From: an uncultured bacterium
GTDB lineage: Bacteria; RBG-13-66-14; B26-G2; WVWN01
Length of the DNA stretch: 49,687 nucleotides
Assembly: GCA_964631855.1 (NCBI GenBank)
Contig: CAZWAM010000002.1
Coordinates: forward strand, 50,603-100,289
Direction of reading: 5' to 3'
In this document: piece by piece, positions 42,754 to 49,687 of the stretch
Position numbering within the stretch: the first letter of the stretch is position 1
How the letters are laid out: every line of letters begins with the position of its first letter
Translations under genes and position numbers: made by a program
Notes under the pieces: generated by a model
The model's database searches: none
Told to the model about the DNA's origin: nothing
What the model saw: only the letters and a program-made list of their open reading frames with translations

Positions 42754-43758
42754 TTAAGGCGTCAACGGCTTCCCGGTCAGAGGGTCGACGCCGGCGTGCG
42801 TTAAAGCATCGGCGATAGTTACGTCTTTCAATTGGCCAACAACGGATGCGGACGCGAGCCAGCCGGTATCCTCGTCCGCGGCGAGAAAAGCGTTCGCCCA
42901 CTCCTCGGGGAGCTCACCCAGGCCCAGCTCTTCACGGCGCTTTCCGCGGCGTACCTTGGCCTGTTCGTCCAAGCCCGCTTTCTGAACCTGCTCGAGCTTG
43001 TCGACGTAGACGACGCGTTCCTCGACGAAGGCGGCGAGCTTGTCGTCCGGCACAACGGCGCCGAAGTCCACTCGCTTCTTCAACGCCCCGACCAACTTAG
43101 GCGGGATCTCTTCGCGGGCGTAGAAGAGCGCGGCCTTCCGCGCGTCGCGGCCCGCAGTCTCGCGAACGACGTAAGCTAACTCCTTTTCGTGAATATAAAC
43201 CGCGGAGAGGTCGAACGGCGTCTCGACGATGTCTTTGAACCTCTGCCGCCACCGGGGCGCATCGGCGCTTTCGCCCTCGTCCAAGAGGGCGAGACACTTA
43301 ACGGCCCAGACGTAATCGAGAGGCGGATTGGCGAGCGTCGCCTCGAGCTCGCTTGCGAGGACCTCGTCCAATTTGCGTCCCTCGATAATCGAACCGCGAG
43401 GATACTCCGCGATAATCCGCGCGAGCCAGCGGTGAGCTTCCGCACGTTTCCCCTCCGCGAGGTAGGTCCGGGCTACGCCCAGGAGCGCCTCGTCGCAACA
43501 TTTGCCCCGGTGATAATCGGCCACCGCGCGGTAGGCGTCGCGCGCGAAGGGATACTTGCGCGCGGGCATCAGCTCGCGGTCCGCGAAGGCCAAAACTCTC
43601 TCGGCCTCGCCCCTCGACATCTTGCCGAACGTGACGCGGCAACTGAGGTCCGGCGTAATTCTGACCGTTTTAATATTCAAGGCCAAATATAACCCGCCCG
43701 CCACGAGCGCGGCGATAGCTACCAACAACGGAATGCCGTATGATTTCTTAACAAACAC
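42754..43758 (-). CDS. Membrane-anchored hypothetical protein with TPR-like helical region
   Basis: The ORF is open to 43899, but that part overlaps rfbA by 126 nt. GTG 43758 gives an N-terminal TM segment (GIPLLVAIAALVAGGLYLAL). The start is uncertain and there is no clear RBS. Confidence 0.55.
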   Translation of the reverse strand: MFVKKSYGIPLLVAIAALVAGGLYLALNIKTVRITPDLSCRVTFGKMSRGEAERVLAFADRELMPARKYPFARDAYRAVADYHRGKCCDEALLGVARTYLAEGKRAEAHRWLARIIAEYPRGSIIEGRKLDEVLASELEATLANPPLDYVWAVKCLALLDEGESADAPRWRQRFKDIVETPFDLSAVYIHEKELAYVVRETAGRDARKAALFYAREEIPPKLVGALKKRVDFGAVVPDDKLAAFVEERVVYVDKLEQVQKAGLDEQAKVRRGKRREELGLGELPEEWANAFLAADEDTGWLASASVVGQLKDVTIADALTHAGVDPLTGKPLTP

Positions 43759-43772
43759 CGGCGTATACGCCG

Positions 43773-44513
43773 TCAGTTGACGGGGTCGTCCTTGTTCGCA
43801 CCCGTCTCGGCGACGAGATTCGACGCCCGCAACAGCGAGGGGAAAGTCCCGGCGTCGGTCCACCAACCCTGCAATATGGAGCACGTCATCTCCCCCCACT
43901 CGATATACTTGTTATTAACGTCGGTTATCTCGAGCTCGCCTCGAGCGGAAGGTTTAAGCCCTTTGATTACTTCGAAGACGCGCGCGTCGTAGAGGTAGAT
44001 GCCGATGACGGCGAGGTCGCTCGGGGGAACCTCCGGCTTCTCTATTACACTCGTCACCCGGTCGCCTTCGACGACGGCAACGCCGAACCGCCGCGGCTCG
44101 TCTATTTCCTTTAAAAATATCTTCGCCCCTCCGCCCACTTCCGCAAAGGCCGCGACGGAACGATTCACGTTCCCCTCGATTATGGTATCGCCCAGGATGA
44201 CGGCCACGGCCTCGCCGTCCGCGAAGTCCTCCGCGAGCGCGAGCGCCGCGGCGATACCACCCGAGCCCTCCTGGTACGCATAGTGGAGACGCTTGAGGCC
44301 GAACTCGGCCCCGTTCCCTAAAAGCCGCAGGAAGTCGCCCGCGAACTCGCCGCCCGTTATCACCATTATATCCTCGATGCCGGCCTGGACGAGCGTCGTC
44401 AGTGGATAGTATATCATCGGCTTGTCGTAAAGCGGCAAGAGGTGCTTGTTGGTGATCTTGGTTATGGGCCGGAGCCTCGAGCCGGTTCCGCCCGCGGTGA
44501 TGACGCCTTTCAT
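43773..44513 (-). CDS. rfbA: Glucose-1-phosphate thymidylyltransferase-like sugar nucleotidyltransferase (short form)
   Basis: MKGVITAGGTGSRLRPITKITNKHLLPLYDKPMIYYPL. It lies in the neighbourhood of rfbB/C/D. Confidence 0.8.
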   Translation of the reverse strand: MKGVITAGGTGSRLRPITKITNKHLLPLYDKPMIYYPLTTLVQAGIEDIMVITGGEFAGDFLRLLGNGAEFGLKRLHYAYQEGSGGIAAALALAEDFADGEAVAVILGDTIIEGNVNRSVAAFAEVGGGAKIFLKEIDEPRRFGVAVVEGDRVTSVIEKPEVPPSDLAVIGIYLYDARVFEVIKGLKPSARGELEITDVNNKYIEWGEMTCSILQGWWTDAGTFPSLLRASNLVAETGANKDDPVN

Positions 44514-44578
44514 ATTTTTAAACCTATATTATTTAAATTTATTTCAAGTTTCTTCCGCGGCCGCAACGCCCTTGAACG

Positions 44579-45064
44579 CTAGCCGCTAGCCGCGTCGGCC
44601 TCGCCCCAGTCGTACGGGATCGTCGGGTCGTCGTAGGGGCGGCGCTGCTCGTCGGGGTGATCGTAATCGTAAAGTTCGGTCGGTATATTGAGGACGTAGG
44701 CGGGCGCGTCGCGCGTGGACCGGAAGCCGTGGTAGACGCCGGGTGGGACAATTACGAGCACCGGGTTCTCGTCGTCCGCGACCAACTCGACGACGTTGCC
44801 TCGCGTAGGGGAATCGTCGCGGCCGTCGTAGAGAGCTATCCGCGCCTCCCCCGAAACCACCGCGAAGTAGTCCGTCTGCACTTTATGGCAGTGCCAAGCC
44901 TTCACGACGCCCGGGCGAGCGACCGTCACGTACGCCTGGCCGAACTTCTGGAAATGCGGGTCGTCGGCGCGCAAAACCTCCACGAGCCAACCGCGGGCGT
45001 CCCGCACGAGCCGAAGCGGCTTGACCGCGACGCCTTCTATACGTTGGTCCTCTTTGCCGGCCAC
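44579..45064 (-). CDS. rfbC: dTDP-4-dehydrorhamnose 3,5-epimerase (cupin)
   Basis: DARGWLVEVLR, Q.YVT...PG.VKAWHCH..Q.DYF.VV.G, PPGV.HGF. Confidence 0.9.
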   Translation of the reverse strand: MAGKEDQRIEGVAVKPLRLVRDARGWLVEVLRADDPHFQKFGQAYVTVARPGVVKAWHCHKVQTDYFAVVSGEARIALYDGRDDSPTRGNVVELVADDENPVLVIVPPGVYHGFRSTRDAPAYVLNIPTELYDYDHPDEQRRPYDDPTIPYDWGEADAASG

Positions 45065-45074
45065 TTTCGCGTCG

Positions 45075-46013
45075 CTACTTGACGACGGCCGCCGCCACGT
45101 ACCCCACGACGCCGCGACTCGCGTCGCCGGTCACGTCGCCCGAGTTCTTGTACTCCAGCGCGACCGCTCTCGTCGCTCCCAAAGCCTTGGCGCACCAGAA
45201 CGTCGCCGCGACCGCCCCGGCCGCGTCGATCTCGAACCTGCCCTTAGCCAAGCCCGCGTACAGCTCGCCGACGTCGAAGCGCCGGAAGGTTTCGATAAAC
45301 GCCCGGTCGAGTTTTACGGCCTCGTCGTACGGGTGGTAGTGGCTCAGGTCGCACGTCGTAACTATTATAGTATCAGACGTACGCGCCGCGACGGCTTCGG
45401 CGAGGGCCTTCCCGAACCGCTCCGCGGCCTCCGCGCCGTGGCGGCAGAAGATGAACGGCGCGATGCGCGCCCCGGGAAAGAGCGTCTGGACGAAAGGCAG
45501 CTGGACCTCGAGGCAGTGTTCCGCGCCGTAGGGTACGTCGCTGTAGCTCACGTCCGGGCAGCGCTCCGCCACTTCGGCCACGAGCTCGGCGTCGACTTCG
45601 GCGATGCCCAACGGCGTCTCATAACCGTCGTACGAGGCCGTGGCTATCGCGGGGTGGGCGCAGTGATGGCTCGGCCCGAGCAGGACCACCGTCGCCGGCC
45701 TGCGTCCCTCGAGTTGGCGGAAAGCGGTCGCGGCCACGCCGCCGGAATACTCGTAGCCGGCGTGGGGCGTCACTATCGCGACGACGCTCTTCGAGGCCAA
45801 CGGCGCTTCGGCCTTCGCGAGCCGCCCCTCTACCGCCGCCGCTAAATCATCCGGGTCGCCCGGGTAAAACGTACCGGCCACGTTCGGCGCCTTGACGAGC
45901 GCGGCCTCGCGTGCGTTCGATTCCGGCGCGGCCTCTTTCACGGCGTTCCGCTTGCAGCCCGCCGCGGCGAACGCCATACTAAAGGCCGTCAGATATGCCA
46001 ACGCAGCTTTCAC
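45075..46013 (-). CDS. Memo-family (AmmeMemoRadiSam system protein B-like) protein with lipoprotein signal peptide
   Basis: MKAALAYLTAFSMAFAAAGC lipobox. Memo motifs are present: AGTFYPGDP, TPHAGYEYSG, LGPSHH, AEHCLEVQLPF, CDLSHYH, NSGDVTGD...VVGY. Confidence 0.85.
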   Translation of the reverse strand: MKAALAYLTAFSMAFAAAGCKRNAVKEAAPESNAREAALVKAPNVAGTFYPGDPDDLAAAVEGRLAKAEAPLASKSVVAIVTPHAGYEYSGGVAATAFRQLEGRRPATVVLLGPSHHCAHPAIATASYDGYETPLGIAEVDAELVAEVAERCPDVSYSDVPYGAEHCLEVQLPFVQTLFPGARIAPFIFCRHGAEAAERFGKALAEAVAARTSDTIIVTTCDLSHYHPYDEAVKLDRAFIETFRRFDVGELYAGLAKGRFEIDAAGAVAATFWCAKALGATRAVALEYKNSGDVTGDASRGVVGYVAAAVVK

Positions 46014-46028
46014 GATACTCCATCCTAC

Positions 46029-47564
46029 TTAGAACGAGCTCTCGAGCGCGACCTTAAGGCCCGAGAACGCCGCCTCCTGCTTACAAACGCCGCTCGAGCA
46101 AACGAGGCCGCCCCGACGCGAGCCGTAACCAACGGTGAAGACGTGATTCTGGAAAGTGCTGCTGTACCAGGCTATGCGAACCTCGCCCCAGAGCCAATCG
46201 TTCTTGTTGCGATACACGCGCGGAATTTCGGGCGGTTCCCAGGGGTTCACACCCTCTTTGGTCTTCTGGTCCGTATCCTCGTAGCTAAGCGTCAAGCCGA
46301 GCCAGGAGGAATAGGTATAACCCGCGTTCGCCCGGTTGTATACGAAGACCTGGCCGCCCTTGGTATAATCGGTCCTCCTCTCCCGTTCGAAGTCCGCCGA
46401 GAAGGAGTGGTCGTCCCAGGGCGTCCAGCTCACCATTAGGTAGGGCGTCCTCCGGATGTCGCCGCTCTTACCCTCGCCGAAAATGTTCAATTTACCCAAG
46501 TACTCATACCCGCCCTCGATTACGACGGGCCAGGGGAGGTCGTAGCGCAGCGTCGCTAAACCTTGCTCGGCCTCTTGCGTCTTAACCTTCTGCTCGGCCA
46601 CCTTGTCGTCGGCGTAACTGTAACCGCCGCGAAAGCGCACGTCCCGCAACGGGTTGGCGGAAACCTGGACCAAGTAACCCCACTCCCCCGGGGCCGGGGT
46701 CGTGGGGCCGGTTATCATATATTGGTTCACCGAGACCGGGGGCGGATTGTTGTACGCATAGGCGAGGGTATCGTACAACTTATATTCGAACGAGACGCTC
46801 GACTTCGGCAGATATCCGCTCAGTATGCCGTAGAAACCTTTGCCGCGAACGTCTTCCTTGAATTGGGTATCGTAACTCCTACGGGTCGCGTACTCGCCGT
46901 ATAAATCGAAGTAACGCCATCCGCCGCCCAGGCCGTAGGCGTATAGCTTGTTCTCTTCCCGCTCCTGGGTGGCTTCGTTTTCCACTTTCGCTTGCGCGCC
47001 GGAGCCGGTTACGTAGAAAAAATCCCACGGCTTGAAGGTCAGCTGGCCGCCGCCGACGCGGTCGCCTTCCTCGTACTTTTCCTCGTCGCGGTTATTTCTT
47101 CCCCACAACGCCGTAACGTTGCCCCACTCCCGGCCGGCGACGGGGACACACGCGTCGCCAAGGCCGCCGTCGAGCCGCTGATATACGCCGAAATCGCGGT
47201 CCTCGTAGGAGCGAAGCGTTAACCCCTTGCCCAAGGTCTTGTCGTAGTTTCCCGCGCGAACGTCGAAGACGTCGTCGCGGTAGCGGCCGTAGCGCTGTAC
47301 GATCTCGTTACCCTCGGGGTCGGGGACGAACTGCCTCTCGTAAACCGGCCGGCGCGGGTGGTCGAACTCGGCCTCGACGCCCACCGCGAACCGCCACGCC
47401 CAGACCTCGGTTTGAAGTATGTCCCACATCCAGCGGTGGCCGTCCTCCCGCTGGCGCAAATAAACCGCCTCGTTGGTCCCGTTGATATGGAGCCAGTCCG
47501 TTATGCCGACCGCACCGGCGCCCGCCGCGGCCGTCAACAAGAAGACGATGGTTATACGTTGCAA
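46029..47564 (-). CDS. Outer-membrane beta-barrel protein, unknown function
   Basis: Signal peptide, alternating Tyr/Gly/aromatic-rich strands throughout, and a C-terminal ...LKVALESSF ending in Phe (OMP-type beta-signal). Confidence 0.6.
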   Translation of the reverse strand: MQRITIVFLLTAAAGAGAVGITDWLHINGTNEAVYLRQREDGHRWMWDILQTEVWAWRFAVGVEAEFDHPRRPVYERQFVPDPEGNEIVQRYGRYRDDVFDVRAGNYDKTLGKGLTLRSYEDRDFGVYQRLDGGLGDACVPVAGREWGNVTALWGRNNRDEEKYEEGDRVGGGQLTFKPWDFFYVTGSGAQAKVENEATQEREENKLYAYGLGGGWRYFDLYGEYATRRSYDTQFKEDVRGKGFYGILSGYLPKSSVSFEYKLYDTLAYAYNNPPPVSVNQYMITGPTTPAPGEWGYLVQVSANPLRDVRFRGGYSYADDKVAEQKVKTQEAEQGLATLRYDLPWPVVIEGGYEYLGKLNIFGEGKSGDIRRTPYLMVSWTPWDDHSFSADFERERRTDYTKGGQVFVYNRANAGYTYSSWLGLTLSYEDTDQKTKEGVNPWEPPEIPRVYRNKNDWLWGEVRIAWYSSTFQNHVFTVGYGSRRGGLVCSSGVCKQEAAFSGLKVALESSF

Positions 47565-47567
47565 GAT

Positions 47568-48104
47568 TTATCCCTCCTGGGTGACGTCCTCGTCGGGGGT
47601 CGGCTTCTTCTCGCGTCCAGTGAAAAATTTATCGATCTCCTCCTTCATCTTTCGCTCGTCGCCGCGGCGATAACCGCTGTGTTCCCAAATTATACTGCCG
47701 TCCGACGTGACCAATAAACAATACGGGATGCCGGGGATGCCGAGCCCCCTTTCCAAGTCGCCGTCGACGTCGAGGAGCGTCTCGAATTCGTACCCCTGTC
47801 CCTTGATATAACTTTTAACCTGCGACGACGTGCGGGCGGTATCGGTCGAGACGGCGACGAGGCCGAGCCCCTTATAATCGCCCAGGAATTTATTCGTCTC
47901 GATCAACTGTTCTTTGCACGGCGAGCAACCCGTGCCCCAGAAGACGAAGGCGACGAGGTCGTATTGCGCGGCGACGTCCTCGAAGGTCCTCTTCTTGCCG
48001 TCTACGTTTTGCAGGCAAAACTTCGGCATCGTCTTCGCGGCCCAAGCGGGCACGGCCGCGGCAAGTATTACCGATATCAGGGCCAAAGTCGTTACGGTCT
48101 TCAT
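47568..48104 (-). CDS. Exported TlpA/ResA-like thiol:disulfide oxidoreductase (thioredoxin fold)
   Basis: ATG 48104 after GGAGGT gives MKTVTTLALISVILAAAVPAWA (signal peptide). The CxxC active site is FWGTGCSPCKEQ. The 159-codon upstream extension is Arg-rich and overlaps the next gene. Confidence 0.85.
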   Translation of the reverse strand: MKTVTTLALISVILAAAVPAWAAKTMPKFCLQNVDGKKRTFEDVAAQYDLVAFVFWGTGCSPCKEQLIETNKFLGDYKGLGLVAVSTDTARTSSQVKSYIKGQGYEFETLLDVDGDLERGLGIPGIPYCLLVTSDGSIIWEHSGYRRGDERKMKEEIDKFFTGREKKPTPDEDVTQEG

Positions 48105-48127
48105 CGTACCTCCTAATGATTTCGAGC

Positions 48128-49678
48128 TCATTTTACCACGACGGCCCACGCGGCTATTTCGCCGGTGCGCCGGAACTCGGGATAGTCGAGAACGTAAAAA
48201 TCGCGCCCGCGGAAAATTTCTGCTAGCTCGCGGTTTCGCGCGCCGTTGTCGCGCGCAAATACGACCCGGTCGTCGAGGAACGGCGACCCGGGCACCGACG
48301 ATAAACACCAATCCCGCGGCTTTATTATCACGACGGCGTCGGAGACGCCCAAGTCGGCCAAGGCCCGCCGAGCGCTCGCGTCGGCCCAGCGCGAGTAGTT
48401 CCCCCACGGCCGGCCCGCGTAACGCGCCGCGGCGCGCGGCAGGTAAACAAAAACGTTTAACGCTACGAGGGCCGCGAGGACGAACGCCGCCAAACCTTCG
48501 CCGGCGCCCCTGAGCCGCTCTTGCGCTAACGCAGCAAGTATAACAAAAAACCGCGCGGTTATAAAGGCCAGGCAGAACCACGCCGGGTAGTAGTACGTCG
48601 CGCCGTAGGCGATGCCCGCGCTCCTTACCGGCAAATGCGCCAGGGTCGTCAATAACACAACAGCGTAGAGGGCCTTCTCGAGATCGTCGGGCCGAGGTTT
48701 AAGGAACAGGCGCGCAACCGCCGGGACCAGGCAAAGCATCGGCCAACCGAAGCCGTCAGTCGATAAGACGAAAAGGTTTCGCGCACAAGACGAAAGGCCG
48801 TCTACGAACGTATAACCCCCGCCGAAGCCGACGAGCAGCGTCTCGGAAAAATAGGCCGGCGGCAGGAGGAAGTTGCCCGTCTGGCGCCAATTATATAATA
48901 ACCAGGCCGCGACGAAGGGCGCAAGCGCCGCGACGAACCATACTAAGCCGCGGCCGGGGCGCCCGCGCGTCCGCCGCCATAAAAACCAACCGAGCGGGAG
49001 CGCGAGGTACAACGCGTCGTACTCGCGGATGAGGAAAGCACCGCCCGCGGCCAGGCCCAGCGCCAACAACGAGCGTCGCGTCCCCTCCTCGGCCGCGCGC
49101 AAACAACCCCACAACGCGAGCGAAAAGAAGCAGAGGAACGTGGCCTCCGAAACGTAGGAGCTCTGCGTAAAGAGGAAAAACGGCGACGTAGCGACGAGTA
49201 TCGTGGCTATGGCGCCGCCGAAAGGCCCAAACGCGCGGCGACCTACGGCGTACGTCGCAAACAAGATGACTGCGGCCGCGGTTACAGCTAAGAGCTTAGG
49301 CCAGCCCACGCGTGCGCCCAGGCAAAGCAACGCCGGGTGGAGCGGCGCCGCCGCGGAAAACCACCGGCCGTGCCGGCTTAGCTCGCCCTTCGCGCGGAAG
49401 AACGCGTGCTCGAGGTCGCCCTCGGTGGGGGGCGCGGGCGCGGCCAGTCTGCCCCGACAGAAAATTTTGCTCTGGAAGAGCAGCGTAGACTCGTCGACGC
49501 TAAGGGCCCGGTCGCCGAGGACGAACGCGGCGGCGTACGCGACGCCGGCTACCGACAAAATAATAATCAAATAAACGAACCACCGCTGGGAGATTAGGCC
49601 GGCGAAGCGGAGCGCGACGCGCGGAACCAACCTGGCCAGGGCCGCGGCCCACAGCACCGCCGGGACGGCGAAACACAA
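48128..49678 (-). CDS. Polytopic membrane glycosyltransferase, ArnT/PMT (GT39/GT83)-like; N-terminus uncertain
   Basis: At least 10 hydrophobic segments. A DE motif sits in the first extracytoplasmic loop (ALSVDESTLLF) after TM1. The frame stays open to the window edge (49687), so the start could be TTG 49678, an internal TTG, or outside the window. Confidence 0.6.
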   Translation of the reverse strand: MCFAVPAVLWAAALARLVPRVALRFAGLISQRWFVYLIIILSVAGVAYAAAFVLGDRALSVDESTLLFQSKIFCRGRLAAPAPPTEGDLEHAFFRAKGELSRHGRWFSAAAPLHPALLCLGARVGWPKLLAVTAAAVILFATYAVGRRAFGPFGGAIATILVATSPFFLFTQSSYVSEATFLCFFSLALWGCLRAAEEGTRRSLLALGLAAGGAFLIREYDALYLALPLGWFLWRRTRGRPGRGLVWFVAALAPFVAAWLLYNWRQTGNFLLPPAYFSETLLVGFGGGYTFVDGLSSCARNLFVLSTDGFGWPMLCLVPAVARLFLKPRPDDLEKALYAVVLLTTLAHLPVRSAGIAYGATYYYPAWFCLAFITARFFVILAALAQERLRGAGEGLAAFVLAALVALNVFVYLPRAAARYAGRPWGNYSRWADASARRALADLGVSDAVVIIKPRDWCLSSVPGSPFLDDRVVFARDNGARNRELAEIFRGRDFYVLDYPEFRRTGEIAAWAVVVK

Positions 49679-49687
49679 CGCGTACTT

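Noticed and set aside
43759-43899. Upstream extension of the 42754 ORF into rfbA
   Set aside because: It would overlap the rfbA 3' end by 126 nt. The TM anchor begins right after GTG 43758. The start remains uncertain.
48105-48581. 159-codon N-terminal extension of the thioredoxin-like ORF (track start 48581)
   Set aside because: The extension is Arg-rich and overlaps the 3' end of the glycosyltransferase gene. ATG 48104 has a GGAGGT RBS and yields a proper signal peptide.
1-49687. Mobile element, genomic island or prophage content
   Set aside because: No integrase, transposase, phage structural genes, tRNA attachment sites or flanking direct or inverted repeats were seen by eye. The only compositional outlier is the single gene at 29831..31150.

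Overview
High-GC segment (roughly 60-65% G+C by eye, not computed) from the chromosome of a diderm, probably anaerobic, uncultivated-type bacterium. I could not place the taxon. About 50 protein genes are densely packed on both strands, and many are translationally coupled. I saw no rRNA or tRNA gene, CRISPR array, transposase or integrase. TAA is the dominant stop codon, but TGA and TAG are also used as true stops.

Most content is housekeeping:
- thrS, a UvrD/PcrA helicase, gatA, recR, tadA, gatB and hflX
- a four-subunit 2-oxoacid:ferredoxin oxidoreductase operon (gamma-delta-alpha-beta)
- rfbA/B/C/D

The less ordinary parts are:
1. A large zinc-ribbon / cyclase-homology / P-loop / TPR (STAND-like) protein sits next to an MglB-MglA-DUF4388 small-GTPase module.
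2. Four unrelated exported proteins all end in the same short motif, [ST]LGR[IV]xxx[YF], at the extreme C-terminus.
3. One of those four genes has its Shine-Dalgarno site and signal peptide separated from the body by a single in-frame TGA.
4. A translationally coupled TolC / CPBP protease / MacA-like / ABC-ATPase operon has no permease gene.
5. A consensus promoter fires into about 330 nt that carries coding-like periodicity on the opposite strand.
6. A TonB-dependent-receptor-like gene, an unlisted 49-codon membrane ORF and a low-GC beta-propeller gene form one operon.
7. A Tat-signal DUF362 protein is paired with a NapH/NapG-like fused polyferredoxin that carries an internal twin-arginine motif.
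8. An envelope cluster includes a lipoprotein-type (exported) Memo-family protein.

All domain calls rest on motifs read by eye and remembered family signatures. No searches were run.
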